The notes: generated by a model from the sequence alone, not told the origin. A stretch of 64,000 nt of DNA from Octopus sinensis (GCF_006345805.1 NC_043009.1:27900001-27964000), one strand, 5' to 3'; counted from the stretch's first letter, positions 42,098 to 54,553 are shown. Translations and numbers: made by a program.

Positions 42098-42811
42098 GTA
42101 CCGAACTTATGCACAACTAATTTGTCCTAAATTAGATATGTCATCTATTATAATTTTCTTCTCTCAGTAACTTATTTCAGGCATGGAATTGCGTCTCCAG
42201 TATTTATTTTTTCGATTCTTTTTCTTTTTGCTGAACTGTCATGTTACAGAAGCATAAAGAAATCAATACCGGATGTCATGCAGTGGTGGAAAGTAAACAC
42301 AAGCACACACACACATGTGCGCGCGCGCACATATATACGATAGACTTCTTTCAGTCTCTGTCTACTAAATCCACTCACAAGGCTTTGGTTGGTCTGGGAC
42401 TTGTACATGATGCCACACAGAAGAGTGAACCCAAGACACATGGTTGAGAAGTTTGGGGAATAAGATACTTTGGTGTTTATGGTATATGATCTATCATTCA
42501 TGAGATGGAAAATATAGTAATTTTAATCATTTAGAAATAGAATGTGAATAAGGCATGTGAGACTGAGTATGATGCCGACAGTTCGACAACAGCTCGTGAT
42601 GTCTTTCTGGATTACTGGACCATTTCAGCAAGTATAATCTTTGCAGTTGCTTCTGCGCAAAGATGATCTTAAAGATCTACAGATTCATGGAGTAGCTTGA
42701 CAAGTTAAAATTAGGTTTAGTTGCAATATCCAGGAACACGTTCTGTATGAAAATCAGACAGTTATATTAGTACTAATATATAATTAGTGGCGTGTACCAA
42801 AAAATTGTGAT

Positions 42812-42992
42812 TACCGTATTTTGACATGAATAAGGAACTCACTTTTGTTAAAAATTAGGTTAAAAAATACGGGAGTTTCTTATACATAGATAGTATTATA
42901 ATCCCCTACAAAAACGTTTTTCCATATTTTGAGACCCCAAAATTAAGGGGTTTTTATACACGAAGGTTCCTTAAAAGCATTAAAATATAGTA
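42812..42992. mobile_element. pogo/Tigger-type MITE
   Basis: Termini taccgtattt ... aaatatagta (inverted, one CpG-type change), TA-bounded, ~180 bp. Confidence 0.5.
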
Positions 42993-43151
42993 ATTCCAAT
43001 TAAATCCTTCGCTGATTCATCAAATTTTTTAAATTCCTCTTGCTCTTCGAAATAATTTAACCATCATAAATTTACTTCTCCTCTATATTCTCCAAACAGC
43101 CGTCATCATTCTGCAGAGCTTCAAGCCGAGTATCAACTGTAACAAGCTTAC

Positions 43152-43193
43152 CAGTCTTGGAGAAGGTTGGGGCAATGAAATTGCAGCTAAAAT
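43152..43193 (-). CDS. Candidate 42-nt exon (ILAAISLPQPSPRL or xFSCNFIAPTFSKT)
   Basis: Acceptor ttctgttacatttcag, donor CTG|gtaagc. It overlaps an alternative plus-strand candidate 43100-43165 (strong pyrimidine tract, AAG|gttggg), so at most one is likely real. Confidence 0.22.
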
Positions 43194-43502
43194 CTGAAAT
43201 GTAACAGAAGACAGGAACTTCTATGTTCATGTGCAAGACGTACGCTTACACCCAGATGGAGAATATTTATTTTTTATATCCTGTCTGCTGTTCATTTGAT
43301 TTAAAAAATGTTTTACTTTCGTTCAAGATTCTACACTAATTTAAGGAAATCATAAACATTTCCTGTTTTTCAAGATTCTTGGGTGCATATGTATGTGTAT
43401 ATGGCTAAAGTTATGCATGCACAGACATGTACACACACATACACACCTCGCAAATACACACACATATAGATTTACATACGTAGATATAAATACATTCACG
43501 TG

Positions 43503-43586
<84 letters not shown>

Positions 43587-43632
43587 CAAGTATATGTATG
43601 TATGTATGTGTGTATATATATATATATACACA

Positions 43633-43920
43633 CTGAAGTCGCATGGCTCAGTGGTTAGAACGTCGAGCTTACGATCGTGAGGTTGTGAGCGCGAATCCCG
43701 GACCTGGCTGCGTCTTGTGTTCTTGAGCAAGACACTTTATTTCACGTTGCTCCAGTTCACTCAGCTATAGAAATGAGTTGTGACGTCACAGGTGCCGTTA
43801 CTGGTGGCGTAGAGAGGGGAGACTGGTATGCACGGGCGACTGCTGGTCTTCCATAAACAACCTTGGAGGGTAACATTGTAGGTGCAATCCCATGGTCAGT
43901 CATGACCCAAGGGGGTCTGA
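43633..43920 (+). mobile_element. tRNA-derived CORE-like SINE
   Basis: A-box tggctcagtggttag, B-box-like gcgcgaatccc, then tgttcttgagcaagacactttatttcacgttgctccag (CORE-like). Related copies at ~15845-16070 and ~50935-51170. Confidence 0.75.
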
Positions 43921-43986
43921 GATATGCACACACGCGCACACCCACGCACGCGCGCGCACACAGACAGACACACATATATATGTATG

Positions 43987-44036
<50 letters not shown>

Positions 44037-44157
44037 CTCATATTTAGTTAATGGTCTGAGTTTCCTACTTTGAGAAGAATATGAATAAACTCAACTACAT
44101 TTCGTTTTTGTATTTGGTTTGCAAGATTCTTTATGTGAATTCGTGTGTTGAAGTATA

Positions 44158-44420
44158 TTTTATTGTGTCTAGGGAGAGTCATTCTCTTTTAGGGCCTTAT
44201 TACTTAACACACTCACTGGTTCGATTTCCACTCATTTAGTTATCTATTCTAAATTTCCATTGTATCTTGCAACCTCTTCAGTAGTCATTGACTCTTGAAG
44301 AGGTTGCAAGATGCAACAAAAATTTTAGAAAAAAAAAAATAAATGAGTGGAAATCGAATCAGTGAGTGTGTTATATAATAAGACACTAAAAGAGAATGAC
44401 TTTCTCCAGACACAATAAAA
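44158..44420. repeat. 263-bp imperfect palindrome (arms ~130 bp, 1-nt centre at 44288)
   Basis: Left arm ttttattgtgtct...gcaacctcttcagtagtca is the reverse complement of right arm tgactcttgaagaggttgc...agacacaataaaa, roughly 85% identical by eye. Confidence 0.9.
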
Positions 44421-44531
44421 TCTACCAGGTTTATTGAGCACTTTTCTCTCTTGTCTATTCAAATGTGCACACACAAACACACACACATACACACACACAC
44501 ACACACTCACACACACACACATACACACACA

Positions 44532-44568
<37 letters not shown>

Positions 44569-44990
44569 CATTCGATTTATCTATCACATTTTAATCTTCA
44601 AAATTCTATACACACAAGTGTAATATATATTTCCTCTACTGAAATAATTAACATCTTTTTTCTGTATAACATATTACGTAATCACTCTACTGGGAGGAAC
44701 TGGTCATGTTTGTTTTTGTTTTTGCTTTTCCTTGTTTCTTTTTTACTCTGTCTGAAAAGCCTTGATAATCATTGTAGCAGCAACCACCATCTTAATCTGC
44801 ATAAAATAACATATGTCTGTTGTATATCTTCTACTAATAATTGGGTTTTCACTTGGCATATTCGTGTATATCCATCTATGTATACATACATATATGGATA
44901 CATACATATGTGTGTGTGTGTGTTGCCTAGACAGCAACTGTTACTAACTAGTATATATAAATCTATACCTGCAACATAAAGCAAAGCAGT

Positions 44991-44992
<2 letters not shown>

Positions 44993-45027
<35 letters not shown>

Positions 45028-45047
45028 TGATAATAATAATAATAATG

Positions 45048-45078
<31 letters not shown>

Positions 45079-45123
45079 TAATAATAATAATATAATAATA
45101 ATAATGATGATAATAATATAATG

Positions 45124-45155
<32 letters not shown>

Positions 45156-45273
45156 TATGATAATAATAATAATAATGATAGTAATAATAATAATGATAAT
45201 GATAATAATAATGATAATGATAATAATAATAATAATGATAATAATAATAATAATAATGATAATAATAATAATG

Positions 45274-45305
<32 letters not shown>

Positions 45306-45381
45306 TATGATAATAATAATAATGATAATGATAATAATAATAATAATGATAATAATAATAATAATAATGATAATAATAATG

Positions 45382-45413
<32 letters not shown>

Positions 45414-45492
45414 TATGATAATAATAATAATAATGATAGTAATAATAATAATGATAATGATAATAATAATAATAATGATAATAATAATAATA

Positions 45493-45541
<49 letters not shown>

Positions 45542-45558
45542 TGATAATAATAATAATG

Positions 45559-45589
<31 letters not shown>

Positions 45590-45645
45590 TGATAATAATA
45601 ATTATGATAGTAATAATAATAATGATAATGATAATAATAATAATA
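44993..45645 (+). repeat. ~650-bp compound (AAT)n/(GAT) microsatellite
   Basis: Direct reading; source of the poly-Ile ORF 45121-45750. Confidence 0.95.
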
Positions 45646-46208
45646 ACAATTGTTGTTGCAAAGTTGTTGATTTGTTTGTTATTTGCACCAAATATGGACT
45701 TGACAGAGCAAAAAAGTGGTGCAAACTTAAACCCGAAGGCATCATTATAAAACGATAATGCGAAGATCTTATGGGATTTTATGATTCAGTGTGACCATGA
45801 GACAGAAAATAAGAAACCAGATATAGTGTTAATTGAGAAAGAAAGCAAACGATGCTGGATCATAGATATCACATACTCAGCTGACAACAAGGTATGTGAT
45901 AAGGAAGAAAGAAAAGTCGATAGATATGACAAGTCAGCTTGGGAAGTTAAGCAGTTGTGGTCACCAAAAAAGTTGATTGTGGTACCACTAAGTGTTGGAG
46001 CCCTGGGAATAGTGAGTAAAAGTCATGAGGAGTACATGGAACAAATAGAGGCTGCAATAAGGGTGGAGAACTTGCAGGAAACAGCACCGCATAGAACCAT
46101 TTGAAAACTCTGTATGGTGCTCGGAAAATAAGGGGTGTTACCTTAGTTCACTGGAAGTGAACAGGTGACACCGTAGTACATCTCTAGCATTAGAAGCTGT
46201 GCAAAGAC
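45646..46208 (+). mobile_element. 5'-truncated R4/Dong-like (RLE endonuclease) non-LTR retrotransposon
   Basis: CTKYGLDRAKKWCKLKPEGII [frameshift ~45750] NDNAKILWDFMIQCDHETENKKPDIVLIEKESKRCWIIDIT...KEERKVDRY...LW...VVPLSVGALG: a PD-(D/E)xK restriction-like endonuclease with R4-type C-terminus, then a ~100-bp 3' UTR ending gaagctgtgcaaag. Confidence 0.85.
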
Positions 46209-46486
46209 AAAAAAATACTACGACTACTACTACTACTACTACTACTACTACTGCTACTAATGATAATAAAAATAATAATAATAATAATCCTTTCTACTAA
46301 AGGCACTAAGCCTGAATTTTGGGGAGGTGGGGTAGTTGATCACATTGACCCCAGTACTTGACTGGTACTTAATTTATTGACCCTGAAAGGACGAAAGGCA
46401 AAGTCGACCTTGGTGGAATTTGCTAATGATTCTCTAGCTCACTGCCTTCCTAATAATAATAATAGTAATAATAATAATAATGATAA

Positions 46487-46852
46487 TAACATGAGCACTC
46501 AGAGAGTGCAAACCTCTGCCAAGGCAACCTCAATGTCTTCTCAATGATTAACCGAAGATGATTTTTAAAATAAGAATATCTGAAATAAGCTTGAATTCTC
46601 ACGCAAACGAGAATACTAAAAATGAACCCGACCGCTCTCAAAAATGAAGTTAAAAAAACAGGGAAAATAATCCAGAATCCTTGTTCAGTACTAGATCAGT
46701 CCTAAAATCTAATCACTTCATGCCAGTCACGTGACCAACCATCCCTGAAAGTTTCATCTGAATCCATCAAGCAGTTCTTGAAATATCATGTCCACGGACA
46801 AACAAATGTGACTGAAAACAATACCTCCACCTTCGCTAAGGCGGCGGTAATA
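46487..46852 (+). mobile_element. Non-autonomous rolling-circle (HINE-like) element inside (AAT)n
   Basis: 3' hairpin cctccacctt-cgct-aaggcggcgg plus a related 5' subterminal motif cctctgccaaggc. Confidence 0.5.
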
Positions 46853-47093
46853 ATAATGATAATGATAACCCTTTCTACTGTAAGCACAAGGGCTGAAATT
46901 TTTGGGGTGGGGGGAAATTGATCACATCGATCTCAGTGTTCAAACGGTACTAATTTTATCAACCTTAAAAGGATGATAGGCAAAGTTGACCCCAGCGGAA
47001 TTTGAACTCAGAATGTAAGGACAGACGAAATGCTACCTAAGTATTTCGCCCAGCATGCTAACGAATCAGCCAGCTCACTGCCTTAATAATAAT

Positions 47094-47154
<61 letters not shown>

Positions 47155-47157
47155 GTA

Positions 47158-47300
47158 GTGGAACAAATAGGGTGGAGCACTTGCAGTAAACAGCACTGCT
47201 TGGAACCGCTCGAATACTCTGGAAGGTGCTTGCAAAATAAGAGGTGTTACCTTAGTTTACTGGTAGTGAATGGCTGACACCATAGAAGCTGTGCAAAGGC
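47158..47300 (+). mobile_element. Second, shorter 3' remnant of the same R4/Dong-like family
   Basis: Aligns to ~46036-46208; translates RVEHLQ*TALLGTARILWKVLAK; same 3' UTR (ggtgttaccttagtt...gaagctgtgcaaag); (AAT)n on both sides. Confidence 0.85.
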
Positions 47301-47339
<39 letters not shown>

Positions 47340-48449
47340 TATAATAATAATAATAGTAATAATAATAGTAATAATAATAATGATAATAATAATAATTTCT
47401 ACTCTTGGCACAAGGCCTTGAAAATTTGTAGGGAAGAGAGCTAATCGATTATATCAACCCCAGTATGTAACTGGTACTTATTTCATCGACCTCGATCCTG
47501 AAAGGATGAAAGGCAAAGTCGACCGTGGCAGAATTTGAACTCAGAACGGAAACACGGATGAAATGTCGCAAAGCATTTTGCCAGGCATGCTAACGATTCT
47601 GTCAGCTCACTGCAATAACAATAATAATAATAATAACAATAATAACAACAACAACAACAACAACAACAACAAAAACATCATCATCATCATCATCATCATC
47701 AACAACAACAACAACAGTAATAACAGTCACGGAAAAACAAAAGGGAGATGCCATAGTAAGGTTACTATATTGGGGTGATGGGGGTTAATGGTAGCCATTG
47801 CAGTCATAGCAAGACAATAAAGGTGAAAGGGAGGTTTTCCCAGGAGACTAACACACAGACGGGGATTGGGGGTGAGAAATGTTTTCTATTAAGGCCTGCA
47901 AGCTATGATAATTACCAGCTGGTCAGCCATTGGGGTTACCACCAACATATAAAGATAGACACTTGCTTTATCTTATGCCTCCTTTCTCAGCTTCATTATT
48001 TCCATAGACATGCATCAAGCCCTAGCCTTCACACTTAAATATTTTCTCATTCTCTCTTTCCATCCCTCTCACTGTCTCTCTTTCTTTCTCTTTTACTCAC
48101 TCCATGTGTGTGCGTGTGTGTGTGTGTGTGTGCATATGTGTGTGTGTGTGTCTGTCTGTCTCTTCCTTTCTTTCTCTTTTTGTCTGTCCGTCCATTTCTC
48201 TCTTTCACTTTCTCTTCTTGTCTCTCCTTCTCTGTCTTCTTCCTGTTCGTGTCTCTCCCCTTTCTCTCTCTCTCTCTCCCATTCTCTCTGTTTCCCTATT
48301 TGTCTGCATCTATGTCTCACTTTCTCTGCCTGTCTGCTGTCTCTCTCACTTTTGCTCTCTCACTCTCTTTCTCTCTCTCTCTCATTGCTTCTCCCTCTCT
48401 CTTCCTCTTTCTCAAGCTTCAAGGATTTTGTTGATGAAAATTATACTGA

Positions 48450-48820
48450 ACTAGCAGTATCGCCCGGCGTTGCTCGGGTTTGTAAGGGAAATAACAATAA
48501 AGCATTTTTAGAGAGTTATAGCCAAAAACTGGAAAAAAATGATGGTAAATTTTTTTTAGTTGAAAAGGTCGAGTTGCGTCCCCTAGACAGTCTGTGGTTT
48601 GTGTTTCTGATTCTCGACCCCATGTCGAATTTATCGATTTTTTTCAGAACTGGGGGAACTTTTCAAAATTTTCGCTGCGTTAGTTTTGAATTATGACATT
48701 GGGCTATGTGTGTGTCAAGTTTCATCAGAATCGGTGGAAAGCCGTGGTCAGGGTGAGGGTACAACCTAACAGACACACAGAAACACACACAGACAAACTG
48801 CCGTTTATATATAGAGAGAT
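48450..48820 (+). mobile_element. Non-autonomous Helitron/Helentron-type element
   Basis: 5' actagc...cccggcgttgctcggg hairpin; 3' (CA)-rich segment then ctgccgtttatatatagagagat. Architecture typical of DINE-1/HINE-like elements. Confidence 0.55.
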
Positions 48821-48932
48821 TAAGGCACTGAAAAATGTCTTGGGAGAACTGGCTTGCTGCAGTTGTTGTCGTTGCTGTTATTGCTATTATTATTGTTGTT
48901 GTTGTTGTTGTTGTTGCTGTTGTTGCTGTTGC

Positions 48933-49007
<75 letters not shown>

Positions 49008-49142
49008 TCCTGCAGGGTTGTTTAGCCCTGGGCCTGTCCTGATAGTGTAGATCAATGATCAGTGGGCATCATAGCTGCAATGATCTGACTAACCTAATCG
49101 CATTTATTTTAAAGCAACACACGAATACAATGCAGAAAAGTT

Positions 49143-49590
49143 CGGTATAAGAGGCATCAGATATGGTGTACAAGGGAGACAACCGAGCTGGTATGGCTAT
49201 GTATGGCTATGAATCTCTTACTGTGGAGGAACCTGTGGAAGAGGTAGACCCAGGAAAACATGGGATGAGGTGATGAAGCATGACTTTTGAAAGTTAGGCC
49301 TCACAGAGGTGATGACAAGTGCTTGAGAAAAATGAAATTGTAGTTGCGGCCAATGTTGGTGTAAGTGCTGTTATTGTGACACATAAAAGCACCTGTGCTG
49401 GTGGCACATAAAAAGCACCTGTTACATTCTTGGGTAGTCAGCATTAGGGAGGGCATCTAGCCGTAGAAATCAAGTCAAATTAGAATGGAACTTGGTGCAG
49501 CTCTCTGGCTTACCAATTCTAGTCAAACCCTCTATCCTATGCCCACATGAAAAGCAGATGCTAAATGATGATGATGATGATAATGATATG
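49143..49590 (+). mobile_element. RTE-clade LINE 3' remnant with (GAT)n tail
   Basis: LTVEGTCGRGRPRKTWDEVMKHDF*KLGLTE (RTE GRP.K.W motif), then a 3' region ending ...gatgctaaatgatgatgatgat. Confidence 0.75.
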
Positions 49591-49707
49591 AATACATCTC
49601 TCAATGTATTCTCTTTTTCTGAAGACAGAAGGGTGTGATTTGAGGACTTATTTGACTGCTACTTCTACTTGGTCAAGTAAAACTATAGACAATATTTCAT
49701 TGGTTCA

Positions 49708-49921
49708 TGGCAGCGAGCTGGTAAAAACATCATCACACCGGGCGAAATGCTTAGCGGTATTTCGACTGTCTTTATGTTCTGAGTTCAAATTCCGCTGAGG
49801 TCGACCTTAGCCTTTCATCCTTTTGGGATCGATAAATTAAGTACCAGTTGTGTACTGGTTTCGATCTAATCTAATTGACCCCTCCCGCCAAATTTTGGGC
49901 CTTGTGCCTAGATTAGAAAAG
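49708..49921 (+). mobile_element. tRNA-derived SINE with 17-bp TSD
   Basis: TSD aatatttcattg(g/t)ttca at 49691-49707 and 49922-49938; body matches the 33927 SINE with the alternative ggccttgtgcctag tail. Confidence 0.85.
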
Positions 49922-50206
49922 AATATTTCATTGTTTCACTAAAAAAACAGAGAAGTTATGCCATTGCGAATTAATCCCAGGTTATCCCTGGTCAAGCAAT
50001 TTTAGGATAAAAGGTATGTGTACATCTTTTCTTATGGACAAGGAGTATAGGACCACATTATCCAAAATGAACCATTTTTGAGACTGTACGGCAGAGATTG
50101 TGAACCTTTTTAATATCTGAGCCAGATTCAAAACCTGACTGTTTTTAGGAGTGCACAAAAAAAAAATGTAAAACACAAATAATTAAAGAAAAATTAATTT
50201 TACTTA

Positions 50207-50719
50207 TTAGGTTGAAGAAAAAGTTTGTGCACCGTGTTAAAATAATGCTTTTTTATATGATGTAACTTGATTGAGTCTATGATGTGCTGATTGAAAAGTA
50301 CCCAAGACTTGTTCATTGAAAATGTGCTTAGTTTCAAGAAGACAATACAAAGCCATGTACCGACAGAAAGACCAGCAACAAAATTGAAGAATTGTATGGT
50401 GTGGAAGTTCTGCCACATCCAGCCTATAGTCCACATGTTGCTCCATCTGACTATGGTCTCTTCTGATCAATGCAGCATTTTATGAAAAGTCGCCAATTTG
50501 AGTCATTTGATGAAGTTGAAGAAGCATGTCAAGAATTTTTCAATTCAAAGCCAAAAGATTGTTACTTTGACCAAATCCGAAAGCTTGCAGATTGTTGGCA
50601 GAAGGTCGTGGAAAATGATGGTCTTTATTTTGAAGAATAGTTGTTGTTGTTTTTGAATAAATTCTTGCGTAAAAAGATCATTATTTTAGCATGGTGCACA
50701 AACTTTTTCCTCAAGCTAG
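50207..50719 (+). mobile_element. Internally deleted mariner element (513 bp)
   Basis: ~40-bp imperfect TIRs (ttaggttgaagaaaaagtttgtgcacc / ggtgcacaaactttttcctcaagctag), TA at both ends. Transposase C-terminus QEDNTKP...LPHPAYSPHVAPSDYGLF*SMQHFM...WQKVVENDGLYFEE*. Confidence 0.9.
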
Positions 50720-50873
50720 TATTATATTTATAGAGAGAAGACTGTCAAAGGCCTCCGGGGATATGTATGGCAGTCACGGTTAACAACAGCTTCAGCAGGG
50801 GGTTGTTAGGAGAGATATGGCTACAAGTCATACTCTGAATAAGACCTTTGGAATTCTGAGCACAGGCACAAAG

Positions 50874-50911
<38 letters not shown>

Positions 50912-51859
50912 GTGTGTGTGTATGTGTGTGTGGAGGAACGTGGCTTAGTGTTTAAGGTGTCAGCATCATGATCGTAAGATTGTGGTTTCAATTCCTGGAA
51001 GGTCGACGCATTGTGTTCTTGAGCAAAACACTTCATTTCACGTTGCTCCAGTCCACTCAGCTGGCAAAAATGAGTAACACTGCGATGGGCTGGTGTCCTG
51101 TCCAGCTGGGAAACACATACGCCATTGAAACCGGGAAACCGGGCCCATGAGCCTGGCTAGGCTTTAAAAGGGCGCATTTATTTTTTTTATCATATATATA
51201 TATATATATATATATATACGATGGGCTTCTTTCAGTTTCCATCTACCAAAATCCACTCAAAAGGCTTTGGTGAGACCGTGGCTACAGTAGAAGACACTTG
51301 CTCAAGGTGCCACGCAGTGGGACTGAACCCAGAACCATGTCATTGGGAAGCAAACGTCTTACAACACAGCCACGCCTATCACTATTGATAAAAGGCGGGA
51401 AAAAAAAAAATAGGATAATTAAATAAGAAATAAATGAATAGTGCAGTTAATAAGATGTCTAACATGAGAGCTCAGATCTTCTCTCGATTCACAAACTTAT
51501 CTGATTCAAAGAAATTGTATATTTTCTAAAAGTCTTCTTTCGAAATTCATACGATAGGATTGCAGAAAGTTAATCTCGTCAACTTTATGCCAGACTTAAA
51601 CACCAATTAACTGCTGCAGCTTCTCAGCTTATAAAGACTGATTAACACGTTGAGAGGAAAAGGCTAGAACAAATAACAACAAAAAACAAAAAGAAAGATC
51701 AAAACACCAAAATGTCATATGTACAGACCCCCCCACCAAAAAAAAATAACCAAAAAAACCTCCCAAACTAACAAACAAACAAAACAAAACCAGAGAATTA
51801 CTTTGTAAGCTTGTCTTCCATTGAAAACAAGTGTTGAAATATAAAGTGTAAACACAGAG

Positions 51860-52286
51860 ATGGTGATGATGATGATGATGAGGATGAGGATGATGATGAT
51901 GATGATGATGGTGGTGGTAGTGGGGGTGTTTGTGATGATGGCTCTAGTGATGGGTGTAGTAATGATATTGATGATGATGATGATAACTATGATGATGATG
52001 ATGATGATGATGGAAGTGATGATGAAAATGAGGGCAATGATGGTAGGAACGAGATGGTGATGATGATGATGCTGATGCTGATGAAGACTACAAGAATGAT
52101 GATGATGATGATGCTAAAAATCGTGATGATGATGGTAGTGATGGTAGTGGTAGAGGTGGTGATTATGATTTGGACAGTGATGCTGATAATGATGCAATGA
52201 TGATGATGGGGAAGATGATGATGATGGTTGCAGTCATGAAGATGATGATGACCACAACGATGATGATGATGATGGGTATGATGATA

Positions 52287-52317
<31 letters not shown>

Positions 52318-52450
52318 CAATGATGATGATGATGGCTGTGATGATGACGACGACGACGATGATGATGATGGCTGTGATGCTGCTGCTACTGCTGCTGATG
52401 ATGATGATGGCTGTGATGATGATGACTAATTAGATATTGATAATGATGGT
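51860..52450 (+). repeat. Compound (GAT)n/(GGT)n microsatellite; others at ~53855-54020 and (GTT)n at ~48860-49010
   Basis: Direct reading. Confidence 0.95.
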
Positions 52451-53932
52451 GGTGTAAACATTGCTATTTTGCTGACAGCTTTCTCTAATTTCCTATTGAA
52501 ATAAATGCTGTGTGATTGGAAAGAAAAATATACAAATGTCAACATTATCAAAACACATCTATACAGAGTGTGGACAAATGCATCGAAAGATTTGTTTGAT
52601 AAAATTTAAAAAAATTTTTTTTTTCTAATTGTTCAAATAACAATTCAAAATGTTTATAAAAAAAAAACCCAGAAAAATGCTGACTTTTCAAATATATTGT
52701 CAAACATTATTTTTGATACACACACTCACATATATATACTGAGAGAGAGAGAGAGAGATACATATATACACGCACATATATACATACATGCATTACCTCT
52801 ATCATTGGTTATAGACTCTGCAGATGTTGCAAGGGAAACAACATATACACATATATGCACATGTGTGTGTGCATAAGTGAGTGTGTGTGTGTGTATATGT
52901 GTTTGTGTGTGTATGTGTGTGTGTGTGTGAAAATGGAAATAAAAATATGTATGCACTTATATATCAATATATATGCACATAGATTTTAATTATACATACA
53001 TATGCATGCAAACACATGCTACACATCTCACATTCTTTCTCCACACACATACACCCAAACACACACACACACACAAACATAGACACACACAAACACACAC
53101 ACATAGATACACACACACACATACACACAAGTATACTTTGTTTTTATGTGAGTTGCATTAAAAACAATTTTACATTAATCTGAAAAATTACATAATACTT
53201 TTCCCTGCTTGCTTATTTATTATAGCTGAACAAGATGATTGATGATAGTGACTTCGAAGTTTTGGCCTGCTAACTGTCAAATCATCATCATCACCATCAT
53301 CATCATCCAGATTTTGTCCCCGTTATTAGGTGGTGGTGGTGGGGGTAACTGGATCTACCTCAATACCATAGTAACTGAGGTAGGCAGGTACAGCCCACCC
53401 CAACCTTTGAACTGGCTGGTACCCTTTCTCCTTTCTTATCAAAGTGTAATTAAAGCTGTAAGGTGTGTAATAGGACCAATTGCCACAGCTAATAGCTTGG
53501 AGGGATCAAAGAATGACGAAGTGTTGTGAGAGTTTACTGATTGAAGAGGGCAAATAACTGCACTGAAGTGGAATAACTTGCCTAAGATTCTCTCATGCTA
53601 TACAACACTAGAAAGTTCATCCCATCCAGCAAGACTAAACACTCTTCTTATCTGTTTCATCTTTTTACAGTGCTACTTTCCTCAAAGCATGATAAACTGT
53701 TTGGCAACTTGCAGAGTCCATGTCTGGTGGTGCACATTGGTGCTAGGAAGGGCATCCGACCATAGATCCCAGGCCAAATCAGACCGGAGTCTGGTGCAGC
53801 CCCTCAGCTTATCAACCCTGGTCGAACTCATGCCAGCATGGTTCAATGAATGTTAAATGATGATGAGGATGAGGATGATGGTGATGATAATGTTGTTGGT
53901 GGTGATGATGTTGATGGTGGTAGTGATGGTGT

Positions 53933-53988
<56 letters not shown>

Positions 53989-54553
53989 GTTATGATGATG
54001 ATGATGATAGTGATGATGATGGCGCTGGTTTCTCTCTTTGGTTGTCCTTTCTAACAGTAATTGCTTAACAGTATGTACTGGGTGCATTTCTAGCATGCCA
54101 CTGTTCCTACAGAACTTGTCCATGTGGCAAGACAAAAGATGTTTATTCTTCCTTGTTTTCGTTTGTTATTAATTTTTAATCTTTTATTCAGGCAAGAAGT
54201 CAGTGCTTGTGACCCTTTATGAGGTCCCTGAGACTTGTGTAAGGTAAAGTAAAAAGTTAAGGTTACTTACTCGAGTCATACTGACTCATAAGAGCCAGTT
54301 TCCTGGTTTCAGTGGCGTACATATTCCCCACCTGGATGGGCTACCAGTCCCTTGCAGGTTTACTCACTCTTGCCACCTGAGAGGATTGAAGCAATGTGAA
54401 ATGAAGTGTTTTGCTCAAGAACACAATGCATTATCCAGTCCAGGAATTGAAAGCACAATCTTACAATCATGAGTCCAACACCTCTAACTACTAAGCTCCA
54501 TACCTCCACTTCTGAGACTGGTGGGAATGTGGGAGGTAGGAAGGTGTCCTTGA

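Noticed and set aside
43633-43705. tRNA gene
   Set aside because: A/B boxes are present but there is no acceptor stem, and the sequence runs straight into a SINE body; the same applies to all other tRNA-like heads.
45121-45750. 209-aa hydrophobic membrane protein
   Set aside because: Pure (ATA/ATG)n repeat.
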